Assembly: GCA_965220135.1 (NCBI GenBank)
Contig: OZ244802.1
Location: 1,295,794 to 1,359,793, forward strand
Length of the DNA: 64,000 bases
Direction of reading: 5' to 3'
From: Chloroflexota bacterium
GTDB lineage: Bacteria; Chloroflexota; UBA11872
Each line of letters opens with the position of its first letter. Within the stretch, counting starts at the first letter, position 1. The translations under genes were made by a program, and so were the position numbers. This document shows positions 20,762 through 29,502 of this stretch, piece after piece. The notes beneath the pieces were generated by a model. The model was given only the letters and a program-made list of their open reading frames with translations, ran no database searches and was not told where the DNA came from.

Positions 20762-22191
20762 CCAGCGCGGACGTGGGCGCCAACCCACCGCCGGCGGTGC
20801 CCACCCGCTGGGCCACCATGGCCGTCGTGGCCAGCGGCGTCTTCATGGCCACGCTGGACGCCAGCATCGTCAACGTCTCGCTGCCCACCTTGGTCCGCGA
20901 ACTGGATGCGCCCTTCGACCGCGTGCAGTGGGTCACCCTGGCCTACGTCATCGCCATCACCAGCCTGCTCTTGCCCGCCGGACGTCTGGCCCAGATGCGC
21001 GGCGCCAAGCGCCTTTATCTGTCTGGTTTCCTCGTTTTCACCATCGGTTCCCTCCTCTGCGGCCTGGCGCCGAACGTCGGGGCGCTCATCGGCTTCCGGG
21101 TCATCCAGGGCATTGGCGGCTCGATCACCCAGGCCCTGGGACCGGCGCTTGTGGTCACCGCCTTCCCGCCCAACGAGCGCGGCAAGGCCATCGGCTTCAT
21201 CCTGTCAGCGGTATCCATCGGCCTCGTCAGCGGCCCCGTGGTCGGCGGTTTGGTTCTGGGGTCACTGGGATGGCCGTTCATCTTCCTGCTGAACGTCCCA
21301 ATTGGCGTGGCGGCCATAGCTCTGGGCGCTCGAATCTTGCCCGAGGGAGCACGAGGCACCGGCGGCCGCTTCGACTTGCGCGGAGCCGCCCTGCTGACGA
21401 TCGGCCTGACGCTACTCGTCGTCGGCCTAAACCGAATCCAGACGCTCGGCATCGCGTCACCCATAGTCATCGTGCTGGTCGTGACGGGCATCGCCCTCCT
21501 GCTCACGTTCGGCTGGTGGCAGACACGCACGAACTGGCCCACGATCCAGCCGGCCATGTTTCGCGTGCCGGACTTCACCGCCGCGATGCTGGCCGGCTAC
21601 CTGGCATTCGCCGGCGCGGCCACCCAGATCCTGCTGCTGCCCTTCTACCTCCAGCGCGTGCTGGAGCTCCCGGTCCAGCAGGTCGGCCTCCTCATGGTCA
21701 CGGTTCCGGCCCTGATGGGGCTCCTCGGCACGCCCTCGGGAATGTTGGCCGACCGGACCAGCACCCGAACGGTGGGAGCACTCGGCATCGGCCTCGTCGC
21801 GGTCGGACTACTACTGCTGACCACGCTCGCGGCCGACACCTCGCCTTGGGCCGTCGTCCCGCGGCTGGCCGTCATCGGCATCGGCATGGCCATGTTCAAC
21901 AGCGGCAACGCCAGCATGCTCATGGGCTCGGCCGCCGCCGAGCACCGCAACCAGGCCAGCGCCGTCCTGGCCCTGGCCCGAAACATGGCCCAAGCGACGG
22001 GTCAGGCCCTCTGGGGCACCATCTGGGCATCGATCGTCGTGCTGCAACTCGGGGTTGCCGGACCAGACGCTGCGGCCGGCTCGGACACGGTTGACGCCTT
22101 CCGGATCGTCTTCGGCGCCGCCGGCGCGGTCGTGCTCTTGGGAGTCCTCGTCACGCTGGCGCCGCTTCGGGGCTCCAGACAACCGCCCTAG
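20758..22191 (+). CDS. MFS transporter, DHA2 (EmrB/QacA-like, 14-TMS) family
   Basis: FMATLDASIVNVSLPTL and GRLAQMRGAKRLY motifs, about 14 hydrophobic segments, 477 aa. Confidence 0.85.
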   Translation: MTSADVGANPPPAVPTRWATMAVVASGVFMATLDASIVNVSLPTLVRELDAPFDRVQWVTLAYVIAITSLLLPAGRLAQMRGAKRLYLSGFLVFTIGSLLCGLAPNVGALIGFRVIQGIGGSITQALGPALVVTAFPPNERGKAIGFILSAVSIGLVSGPVVGGLVLGSLGWPFIFLLNVPIGVAAIALGARILPEGARGTGGRFDLRGAALLTIGLTLLVVGLNRIQTLGIASPIVIVLVVTGIALLLTFGWWQTRTNWPTIQPAMFRVPDFTAAMLAGYLAFAGAATQILLLPFYLQRVLELPVQQVGLLMVTVPALMGLLGTPSGMLADRTSTRTVGALGIGLVAVGLLLLTTLAADTSPWAVVPRLAVIGIGMAMFNSGNASMLMGSAAAEHRNQASAVLALARNMAQATGQALWGTIWASIVVLQLGVAGPDAAAGSDTVDAFRIVFGAAGAVVLLGVLVTLAPLRGSRQPP

Positions 22192-22820
22192 GCAAGTCGA
22201 CGCAAATCAATTACTGATGCATCGGTGGATGTGTCCGGCGTCTCTTCCGGCGCCGCGCCGGGCCGCAGCGGATCCGGTGACTCGTCGGCTCCGACGCCCC
22301 GCAGTCGCTGGAGCAGCGCGATGCCCTTTCGCGTGTCGCTTGCGATGCGCGCCGGAACCTGGGTCCGCAGTCGCAATTGAAAGCACCAGTACGTGAAATC
22401 CTTCCAGTCAGCCCAGCGAACTCGACCGTCGTCAGCTACACCGCGCGCAGCGCGGTAGGTCGACAGCAGTTCGTCAATCGTTCGCCCGTAGACCAGCAAG
22501 TACGCATCCGCATAAGCCCGATCAAGCGGATGAGCCCTGCCCACCTCCAGTTCAACGGCATGCACCACGGCTTCCTCAACATCGATTCCGTAGAAGTGGT
22601 TGAGATAGGCCTTGTATCGAGCGTCGCCAAGGGCAGCGGCGAATTCGTGGCCGGGCACGTAGATCGGCGGACGGCCATAGAACCGAAGCTCGTCCCGCTC
22701 CGCCCTGGGCACGGCGTTGCGTCGGGTGCTAGCGATTCGATCGATCAGCAGCAGCAGGTCCAACGCCCCGCCCGCGACCAGATAGGTAAAACGACGCCCC
22801 TGATGGGCTTCATCCGCCAA
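22188..22820 (-). CDS. hypothetical protein
   Basis: 210-aa ORF with coding-like composition. The C-terminal 40 aa are Pro/Asp/Thr-rich. No family recognised. Confidence 0.5.
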   Translation of the reverse strand: MADEAHQGRRFTYLVAGGALDLLLLIDRIASTRRNAVPRAERDELRFYGRPPIYVPGHEFAAALGDARYKAYLNHFYGIDVEEAVVHAVELEVGRAHPLDRAYADAYLLVYGRTIDELLSTYRAARGVADDGRVRWADWKDFTYWCFQLRLRTQVPARIASDTRKGIALLQRLRGVGADESPDPLRPGAAPEETPDTSTDASVIDLRRLA

Positions 22821-23043
22821 TTGCCAATCGCCGCATGCCCGCAGCGCCGCCGGATACCAGTGCGAACCGGCCTCGAGTTCCGCATCGAAACGGCGAAGCG
22901 GATCGGGCGCCGCCTCGGGCGCTTCACCCGGCGTGACGATGATCGGCTCCAGCGGTTGGTCGGACAGGGGCTAATCCGTTCGTGCCTAGCTACCGACGTA
23001 CCATGCATTGTGCTCCCCCACCGCGATCGGTATCGACCCGCGT

Positions 23044-23466
23044 ATGCGCTACCGGATCCACTGCGACGGCGCCAGCCGCGGCAACCCTGGCGAAGCCGCG
23101 GCAGGCGTTGTGATCTACGACAAGTTTGGCGCCATCGCCGGACGAGCCGCGCTCCGCTTGGGCGTGCTGACGAACAATCAGGCGGAATACCACGCAGTGC
23201 TGGCTGGCATGCGGCTGGTTGAGCAACTTCGGCCAAGCGCCATCGAGTTTCGGCTCGACAGCGAGTTGGCGGCACAGCAGCTGTCGGGGGCCTGGAAGAT
23301 CAAGAACGCCGGCCTGCGCGAACTGGCAGCCCGGGTGCATGCGGCCGCTCCGCCGGGCGTACCGGTGAACTACGTGCATGTCGCACGGTCTCAAAACTCG
23401 CTCGCCGACCGACTGGCGAATTGGGCCCTTGACCGCACCTCCCCGGACACCCTGAACGACTTCTAG
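23044..23466 (+). CDS. rnhA: ribonuclease HI family protein
   Basis: DEDD catalytic pattern: CDGASRGNPG, NNQAEYHAV, LDSELAAQQ, NSLADRLAN. ATG 23044 is preferred over the track start 23008. Confidence 0.85.
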   Translation: MRYRIHCDGASRGNPGEAAAGVVIYDKFGAIAGRAALRLGVLTNNQAEYHAVLAGMRLVEQLRPSAIEFRLDSELAAQQLSGAWKIKNAGLRELAARVHAAAPPGVPVNYVHVARSQNSLADRLANWALDRTSPDTLNDF

Positions 23467-23512
23467 ACGCCGCCCGCGCCGGACATTCGAACACCCAGCC
23501 GAGGAAATCCCC

Positions 23513-23620
23513 GTGGGGACCGGTGGATTGTTGTTGACACGCGGTGGGGAATATGCTTCACTTCTACGGCCAAATAGCCACTGAAGTGGTGATTGGTGGG
23601 TTGTAGTGGGGATTGAAGGG
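23513..23620 (+). promoter_or_regulatory. mraZ upstream region with two arrays of 10-bp-phased GTGG(G/T/A) direct repeats (candidate MraZ operator) and a TTGACA -35-like hexamer
   Basis: Array 1: GTGGG 23513, GTGGA 23523, GTTGA 23533, GTGGG 23544. Array 2: GTGGT 23586, GTGGG 23596, GTGGG 23606 (then AAGGG 23616). TTGACA lies at 23534..23539. The region is locally AT-richer than the flanks. Confidence 0.55.
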
Positions 23621-23645
23621 ATAGGCTTCGGCCGAAAGACGGTGT

Positions 23646-24092
23646 ATGGCCAGCTTCAAGGGGACCTTTGTCCACCAGATGGACGCCAAGGCACGCCTTG
23701 CGTTTCCCAGCCGACTTCGCGCCCAGATTCCCGAAGGGGGCACTTTGACCGTAAGCGCCGAAGACTGCCTCACGTTTTACCCGGCGGGCCTGTGGAGCGA
23801 CGTGGAGCGCGAATTAGCCACGCTGGATCCCCTGAACCCCGATGCCCGCGATACGAAACGACAGATCTTCGGATCCGCCGAGGACGTGACGTTCGACAAG
23901 CAAGGTCGGATTCCGATACCCGTCCACCTGCGCGACCACGCCGGACTGACCAAGGAAGTGGTCGTCATGGGTGTGGGTGACGTGATTGAACTATGGGACG
24001 CAACGGCTTGGCAGAAGCGGCACGTGCGCATCGCCGCCGATGCGTCCGACATCATGCGGCGCGCCCGCGGAGGCGTTCCGCACTCTCCTTAG
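23646..24092 (+). CDS. mraZ: transcriptional regulator MraZ
   Basis: MASFKGTFVHQMDAKARLAFPSRLR plus a second SpoVT/AbrB-like repeat (VTFDKQGRIPIPVHLR). First gene of the dcw cluster. Confidence 0.95.
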   Translation: MASFKGTFVHQMDAKARLAFPSRLRAQIPEGGTLTVSAEDCLTFYPAGLWSDVERELATLDPLNPDARDTKRQIFGSAEDVTFDKQGRIPIPVHLRDHAGLTKEVVVMGVGDVIELWDATAWQKRHVRIAADASDIMRRARGGVPHSP

Positions 24093-24100
24093 GGTGTTCT

Positions 24101-24134
24101 GTGTGGGGCGCGGCGCCTCCCCCGCGCCCCACAC
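24101..24134 (+). promoter_or_regulatory. perfect 13-bp GC-rich stem-loop between mraZ and rsmH
   Basis: GTGTGGGGCGCGG (24101..24113), loop CGCCTCCC, CCGCGCCCCACAC (24122..24134). There is no downstream U-tract, so it is not a canonical intrinsic terminator. Confidence 0.6.
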
Positions 24135-24146
24135 ACACCGAATCTC

Positions 24147-25019
24147 ATGACGGCCAGAGCCGGCCGGCACCAGCCGGTGATGCGACATGCCACCGTCGAT
24201 GCGCTACGGCCGTGCCTTGGCGGGTTGATCGTGGATGGAACGGCCGGACAAGGCGGCCACGCACAAGCCTTGCTGGACGCCGGCGCCGAGCAGATTCTGG
24301 CCATCGATCTCGATCCGGACGCGGTTCGCTGGCTTTCCAGACGTTTTCAGAGCGACCCACGAGTTCAGCCGTTGCACGCCAGCTATTCGGATCTACCGCA
24401 AGCGATCGGCGCCGACCGTGCGGCGGGCGTCCTCCTGGACCTCGGCGTGTCGTCCAAACAGTTGGAGACTGCGGAACGTGGTTTTTCGTTTCGGCTGGAA
24501 GGTCCGCTGGATATGCGGTTTGACCCGACGGCCGGTGCGCCGGCCGTGCAGCTGGTGAATCGTCTCCCCGAGGCCGATCTGGCTGCCCTCATTCGAGAGT
24601 ATGGCGAGGAGCGGCGTTCCCGCGCGGTCGCACGTCGAATCGTCGCAAGTCGTCCAATCGAAACCACGACTGAATTGGCCCGTGCTGTCGCGCGAGCGTT
24701 TCCCGGACGACGCCGTCGCCATCCCGCCACGCGGACGTTTCAGGCGATTCGCATTGCTACGAATGACGAGCTTGACGTGCTGCGCAATGGCCTGGCCGGC
24801 GCGCGCCTGGCGCTTCGTGCCGGCGGCCGTCTCGCGGTAATTGCCTTTCACAGCCTGGAGGACCGGATTGTCAAACAGGCATTTCGCCGGTGGGCACAAG
24901 AGGGTCTCGGCGAAGTGCTGACTCGACGCCCCATTCGGCCCAACCGGTCCGAAACGCAGCACAATCCCCGTGCGCGCAGCGCCCGGCTGCGTGTGTTCTC
25001 CGTGGTCGGGAGAAGCTGA
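24147..25019 (+). CDS. rsmH: 16S rRNA (cytosine1402-N4)-methyltransferase
   Basis: HQPVM, DGTAGQGGHA and FHSLEDRIVK motifs. Second position in the dcw cluster. Confidence 0.95.
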   Translation: MTARAGRHQPVMRHATVDALRPCLGGLIVDGTAGQGGHAQALLDAGAEQILAIDLDPDAVRWLSRRFQSDPRVQPLHASYSDLPQAIGADRAAGVLLDLGVSSKQLETAERGFSFRLEGPLDMRFDPTAGAPAVQLVNRLPEADLAALIREYGEERRSRAVARRIVASRPIETTTELARAVARAFPGRRRRHPATRTFQAIRIATNDELDVLRNGLAGARLALRAGGRLAVIAFHSLEDRIVKQAFRRWAQEGLGEVLTRRPIRPNRSETQHNPRARSARLRVFSVVGRS

Positions 25020-25483
25020 TGGCCCTTCGACAAGAACCGCTGCTGCGCGACGCAGTATGGCCAGTTCGGATCGTGCGGAGACTTCCGACGGCGATTCCAC
25101 TGTCGCGCCTGGTTCTTGTCGTCATCATCGCCGCCTTCGTACTGGCGATGGTTTGGGTACAGCAAACGCAGACCCTCGTTCGTCTCGGAGGCGAAATCCA
25201 GCGTCTGGAACGTCGACTCGAGACAGTCGAGCTCGAGCGGCAACGAATCCTGGCCGAGCTGGCTGTGCGCAATGACCTGTCCAGGGTCCAGCGAATCGCG
25301 TTTACCGAACTCGATATGCGCCAAACTCGTCAGCCAGTCTTCACAAGGGCTCAGCCGCTTCCGCCCGGTGTCTCATTCGATCTCCCGCTGTGGGCCGCGC
25401 CAACGCAACAGCTGCTTGAGCCGCCGTGGTGGGAAGCCGTAGTTCAGGAAATCAGTGCGCATACTTCGCGACTCGCTGAGTAA
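25019..25483 (+). CDS. ftsL: FtsL-like bitopic cell-division protein
   Basis: ATG 25019 overlaps the rsmH TGA by 1 nt. It has a single TM (LVLVVIIAAFVLAMVWV) followed by a coiled-coil (LGGEIQRLERRLETVELERQRILAEL). The position between rsmH and ftsI is canonical. Confidence 0.65.
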   Translation: MALRQEPLLRDAVWPVRIVRRLPTAIPLSRLVLVVIIAAFVLAMVWVQQTQTLVRLGGEIQRLERRLETVELERQRILAELAVRNDLSRVQRIAFTELDMRQTRQPVFTRAQPLPPGVSFDLPLWAAPTQQLLEPPWWEAVVQEISAHTSRLAE

Positions 25484-27248
25484 CCGCAAACTGGCCGACG
25501 ACGCCGGAGAGCCGCCCGACCCCACACGGCGGCTCGTTGTCATGCTGGGCGGGGCCGTGGCAGCTGCCGGCGTCCTTGGCTGGCGTCTCTACGACTGGCA
25601 TGTCCAGCAGTCGGCGGAACTCTCGGCCCGCGGGGCCAGTGCGTTACTCACACGAAGCGAGATCAACCCGCGGCGCGGCAGCATCTACGACCGTGACGAC
25701 GCTGTCCTGGCGATCAGCCGGGGTGCGGTACGGGTGGTGGCTGATCCGCTTGCCATCCACGAAACGTCCGATTCGTTTGAGATTGCCGATCGGCTTAGTG
25801 TGCTGCTGGGCCTGGATTCCGCCACCGTGGCCGAACGGCTTGGTGATCCAAGTCTTCGCTACTCGGAAATCGCACGGGGTCTAGTTGGCGAACCGGCAAA
25901 TGCCGTGGAAGCCGCGATCCTTGACGGCCAATTGCCAGGTGTGCGCCTCGATCCCGATCGTGTTCGCGTCTACCCCAATCGAAGTCTGGCCGCACACGTC
26001 GTGGGCTTTGTTGGCGAAGGAACGGCACGTCCTGGCGATGTCGTGGGCCAAGCCGGCGTTGAAGCTTGGTATAACGACGTGCTGGGCGGACAGTCCGGGC
26101 TTGTAAGTTCGGATATCGATCGCCTCGGCCGCCGGATCCCAATTGGCCGGTATGCGCTTCAACCGCCACGACACGGCGCACACGTCTCATTGTCGATCGA
26201 TCGCACGATCCAGCACATCGCCGAGCAGGAGCTCGAGGCCGCTATCGAGCAGTTCGGCGCGACGGCAGGCACCATTCTCATCACCAATCCGCGAACTGGC
26301 GAAGTGCTGGGGCTCGCCAATAGGCCCACGTACGACCCAGGTCGCGTTCACACCTATCGTGAGTTCGGCCCCGAGTTTGCCAACCGGGCGTGCAGCCTGA
26401 TCTATGAGCCAGGGAGCACGTTCAAGCTGATTACGATGGCTGCGGGACTCGACGTCGGAGCCATACGACCCGAAACCACGCACAACCTGCCTGGAACCGT
26501 CAACTATTTCGGGCAGGAATTCAAGAACTGGGATGAGCGAACGTATCCGCAGCAGACGATGGTCAGCGTGCTGCAGCACTCCAGCAACACCGGCACAATC
26601 TTCGTCGCGGACACCATCGGCGCCGACAACTTCTACGAATACATCGAACGCTTCGGCTTCGGCACCCGCACCGGAGTTGATCTGGCCGGCGAGGTATCCG
26701 GCATCGTCCGACGCCGTGGCGATCAGGGTTGGTTTCTTCCCGACCTTGCCTCCAATTCGTTCGGTCAGGGGATTTCAGTCACACCGCTACAACTAGCGAC
26801 CGCCGTCGGGGCTATTGCAAACAATGGGGTGATGATGCGACCGCATGTCGCGCGCGCCGTTACCCAGGTCGACGGTCGCCGCGAGACGATTGAGTCGCAG
26901 CCGATTCGACGGGTGCTTTCACGGGAATCAGCCCTGACCCTCATCAAGATGATGGAAGCGGCGGAATTAGGCGTGCTGAATAATCTGGCACGTATTCCCG
27001 GATACCGAACCGCCGGCAAGACCGGGACGTCGGAGATTGCATCGAGCGGTCGATTCCTCGAGGACACCTCCATAGCGTCCTATGTGGGATTCGGCCCCCT
27101 AGAGTTGCCCCGCGTGCTGGCCCTGGTTGTCATCGAGCGTCCGCAGGTAGCGTTCTTCGGCGCTCACGTCGCGTCGCCCACGTTCGCCCGCGTTATGAGC
27201 CGAGTCTTCGCTCACCTTCGGGTACCCCCTCGCACGGGACAGGCATGA
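25455..27248 (+). CDS. ftsI: class B penicillin-binding protein (peptidoglycan D,D-transpeptidase FtsI)
   Basis: N-terminal TM, then SxxK (GSTFK), SxN (HSSNTG) and KTG (GKTGTSE) motifs. The GTG start overlaps the ftsL end by 29 nt. Confidence 0.9.
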   Translation: MRILRDSLSNRKLADDAGEPPDPTRRLVVMLGGAVAAAGVLGWRLYDWHVQQSAELSARGASALLTRSEINPRRGSIYDRDDAVLAISRGAVRVVADPLAIHETSDSFEIADRLSVLLGLDSATVAERLGDPSLRYSEIARGLVGEPANAVEAAILDGQLPGVRLDPDRVRVYPNRSLAAHVVGFVGEGTARPGDVVGQAGVEAWYNDVLGGQSGLVSSDIDRLGRRIPIGRYALQPPRHGAHVSLSIDRTIQHIAEQELEAAIEQFGATAGTILITNPRTGEVLGLANRPTYDPGRVHTYREFGPEFANRACSLIYEPGSTFKLITMAAGLDVGAIRPETTHNLPGTVNYFGQEFKNWDERTYPQQTMVSVLQHSSNTGTIFVADTIGADNFYEYIERFGFGTRTGVDLAGEVSGIVRRRGDQGWFLPDLASNSFGQGISVTPLQLATAVGAIANNGVMMRPHVARAVTQVDGRRETIESQPIRRVLSRESALTLIKMMEAAELGVLNNLARIPGYRTAGKTGTSEIASSGRFLEDTSIASYVGFGPLELPRVLALVVIERPQVAFFGAHVASPTFARVMSRVFAHLRVPPRTGQA

Positions 27249-28387
27249 GTACGAGCACAGGCCAGTGGCTGGCGGGACGGCTGCCGAACTGGCCTTCGCG
27301 GGACCCATTCCTGCTGCTGCTGTCGTTCGTCTTGCCGCTAGGAGGCGTTGTGCTGGTGGCCAGCGCCCGGGTGCCGGTAGTCCTGGGCGCGGATTCCGTT
27401 TTTGAACGCGTATCGGTCCAGCAGATGGTGCTGGCAGCCGTGGGCGTCGTGCTGGCGTTGACGATCAGCGCGGTGAATTATCAGCGCTTCACCCGAGTCG
27501 CACCAGTTGCTTTCGTGGGCATGCTGATTGCCCTTGTCGGGGTGCTGTTTGTCGAGGACGCCACCAGCCTGTTTGCGGCCCGTCGCTGGTATCGGGTGGG
27601 CGATCTGACCGTGCAGCCGAGCGAATTCGCAAAGGTTGCCATGGTCGTCATGCTGGCGGCACTGGCCCAGCAATTCGGTGGACGAATCCGCGAATTCCGA
27701 GTTTCCATCTTGTATATGGGGGGTGTCGTAGCTCTGGTGGTCATCCCGATTGTGCTGGAGCCGGACTTGGGCGCCGCCATAACCATTGCCTTTGTCGGGT
27801 TCGTAATGATCTTTGCCGCAGGCGCCCGACTCTGGCACCTGCTCTTGGGCTTCGCGTCGTTGGTTCCCGTCGCGTTTGTGTCCGTGACCCAAAACACCTA
27901 TCAGCGCGAGCGACTCTTGACGTATCTCAGCGGAGACCCGGATATCAATCGCACCGGCTACCAGGCGGCGCAGGCGCAGATAGCCATGGGATCGGGCGGC
28001 GTCACCGGCCGCGGGCTCGGCTTGGGAACACAGAAGTTCCGGCTGCCCATTCCAGATTCCGACGCGGTATTCGCGGTCCTTGGCGAGGAGTTTGGGCTGG
28101 TCGGTACGGGACTGGTGCTGGTGTTGTTTCTCGCACTTTTCGTTCGAGGGATTCAGATTGCAGCTGCCACCGACGACGTGTTTGGCCGGTTGCTGGCTAT
28201 CGGAATCGTGACGCAACTGTGCTTCCAAGCCTTCGTAAACATGGCGGTCGTCACGGGCCTCACGCCGGTGACGGGCATCACCCTGCCGTTCATCAGTCGT
28301 GGGGGCTCGTCGCTTCTGGCCTCGATGATCTTGATGGGCATCCTGATGAATGTTGCCCGCCAGTCCGATCTGGGACGCAGCACGTGA
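27245..28387 (+). CDS. ftsW: SEDS-family peptidoglycan glycosyltransferase FtsW
   Basis: Ten hydrophobic segments, PDSDAVFAVLGEEFGL and LPFISRGGSS motifs. ATGA overlap with ftsI. Confidence 0.9.
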   Translation: MSTSTGQWLAGRLPNWPSRDPFLLLLSFVLPLGGVVLVASARVPVVLGADSVFERVSVQQMVLAAVGVVLALTISAVNYQRFTRVAPVAFVGMLIALVGVLFVEDATSLFAARRWYRVGDLTVQPSEFAKVAMVVMLAALAQQFGGRIREFRVSILYMGGVVALVVIPIVLEPDLGAAITIAFVGFVMIFAAGARLWHLLLGFASLVPVAFVSVTQNTYQRERLLTYLSGDPDINRTGYQAAQAQIAMGSGGVTGRGLGLGTQKFRLPIPDSDAVFAVLGEEFGLVGTGLVLVLFLALFVRGIQIAAATDDVFGRLLAIGIVTQLCFQAFVNMAVVTGLTPVTGITLPFISRGGSSLLASMILMGILMNVARQSDLGRST

Positions 28388-29502
28388 GGCTTGTGCTGGT
28401 CGGCGGCGGCACAGCCGGTCACATTTTTCCAACCATCGCCGTCGCCCGGCAGTTGACCGCGCTGTCCGAGACGGCGGTTGAGCTCAGCGCCGTCTGTGGG
28501 TCCCGCGATCTCGATCGCCTGTTGTATCGCGACGTCGATCTTGACGTCGTTCCCCTGCCGGCCCGTGGCATTGTAGGTGTTGACTGGTGGCGGTTGCCGT
28601 GGCGTGCCTGGCTGCTTATCCAGTCGCTCCTTATGGTTTGGCGCGACTTCAGCCGGCGCCGTCCGGACGCGGTGGTCGCCAGTGGAGGCTACGTCAGCGC
28701 CCCCGTGCTGCTCGTCAGCTGGTTGCGGCGCATTCCAGCGGTGATCTTCTCAGGTGATGCCGCTCTGGGATGGGCCACGCGTGTTATGGCCCCCCTGGCA
28801 TCTGTTGCCACGATTGCATTCGAGGAAGCTCGCGGTCAGATCTGGCGTACGCCGGTCGAACTGGTGGGGTACCCGGTTCGCGGCACCTTTTCGTCACCCG
28901 ATGCGAAGGCTGGACGCACGGCATTTGGAGTTTCCGAGACCGACTCCCTAGTTGTCGTGATGGGCGGGAGCCAGGGCTCACATGCCATCAACGAGGCGCT
29001 GCGCGCAGACCTATTGCGCCTGCTTGAGAAAGCCCAGATTGTTCATGTCAGCGGTCAACGCGACTATCAGACCCTTGCGGCAGCACGCGACCAACTGCCC
29101 GCTCCACTGCGCGCACGTTACCGCCTCCACGACTTTATACGCAGCGGATTCGCCAACCTTCTGGCCGCCGCAGACGTCGTTGTGAGTCGGGCCGGCGCCA
29201 CCTCAGTCGCCGAGTTCAGCGCGGTGGGTACGCCGGCTGTACTCATTCCCGGACAATTCGGGGCAGGGCACCAGGTTGCAACTGCCAGAGCTATGGAGAC
29301 GGCCGGCGCCGCGGTAGTGCTCTCTGAATCGGACCTGAAATCCGGTCACCTGGGCCTGATGCTGCTCGATCTGCTAAACGATCGAAGCCATTTGGACAGC
29401 ATGAGTGAGGCCACGCAGTCACGTGGACGGCCGCGTGCAGCCAGACAGATTGCCCGAATCGCCCTTGAGCTGGCGCGCCGGGACTCGACGGTCGACGGAT
29501 GA
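28384..29502 (+). CDS. murG: UDP-N-acetylglucosamine--N-acetylmuramyl-(pentapeptide) pyrophosphoryl-undecaprenol GlcNAc transferase
   Basis: GTG 28384 overlaps the ftsW stop (GTGA). N-terminal G-loop LVGGGTAGHIFP. The C-terminal GT-B domain has GGSQGS and SRAGATSVAE. Confidence 0.9.
   Translation: MRLVLVGGGTAGHIFPTIAVARQLTALSETAVELSAVCGSRDLDRLLYRDVDLDVVPLPARGIVGVDWWRLPWRAWLLIQSLLMVWRDFSRRRPDAVVASGGYVSAPVLLVSWLRRIPAVIFSGDAALGWATRVMAPLASVATIAFEEARGQIWRTPVELVGYPVRGTFSSPDAKAGRTAFGVSETDSLVVVMGGSQGSHAINEALRADLLRLLEKAQIVHVSGQRDYQTLAAARDQLPAPLRARYRLHDFIRSGFANLLAAADVVVSRAGATSVAEFSAVGTPAVLIPGQFGAGHQVATARAMETAGAAVVLSESDLKSGHLGLMLLDLLNDRSHLDSMSEATQSRGRPRAARQIARIALELARRDSTVDG

Noticed and set aside
20673-22094. 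473-aa alternative-frame ORF over the DHA2 MFS gene. Similar R/P/G-rich alternative frames occur at 53405..54280, 55870..56916, 16188..17033 and 50327..51244.
   Set aside because: The extreme Arg/Pro/Gly/His composition is characteristic of off-frame translation in GC-rich DNA. In each case the in-frame partner has clear family motifs.
23534-23562. A complete sigma-70 promoter for mraZ (TTGACA plus a -10).
   Set aside because: The -35 hexamer is a perfect consensus. However, the hexamer at 17-nt spacing is TTCACT (3/6), and the better TATGCT is only 12 nt away. I report only the -35-like element within the regulatory region, not a defined promoter.
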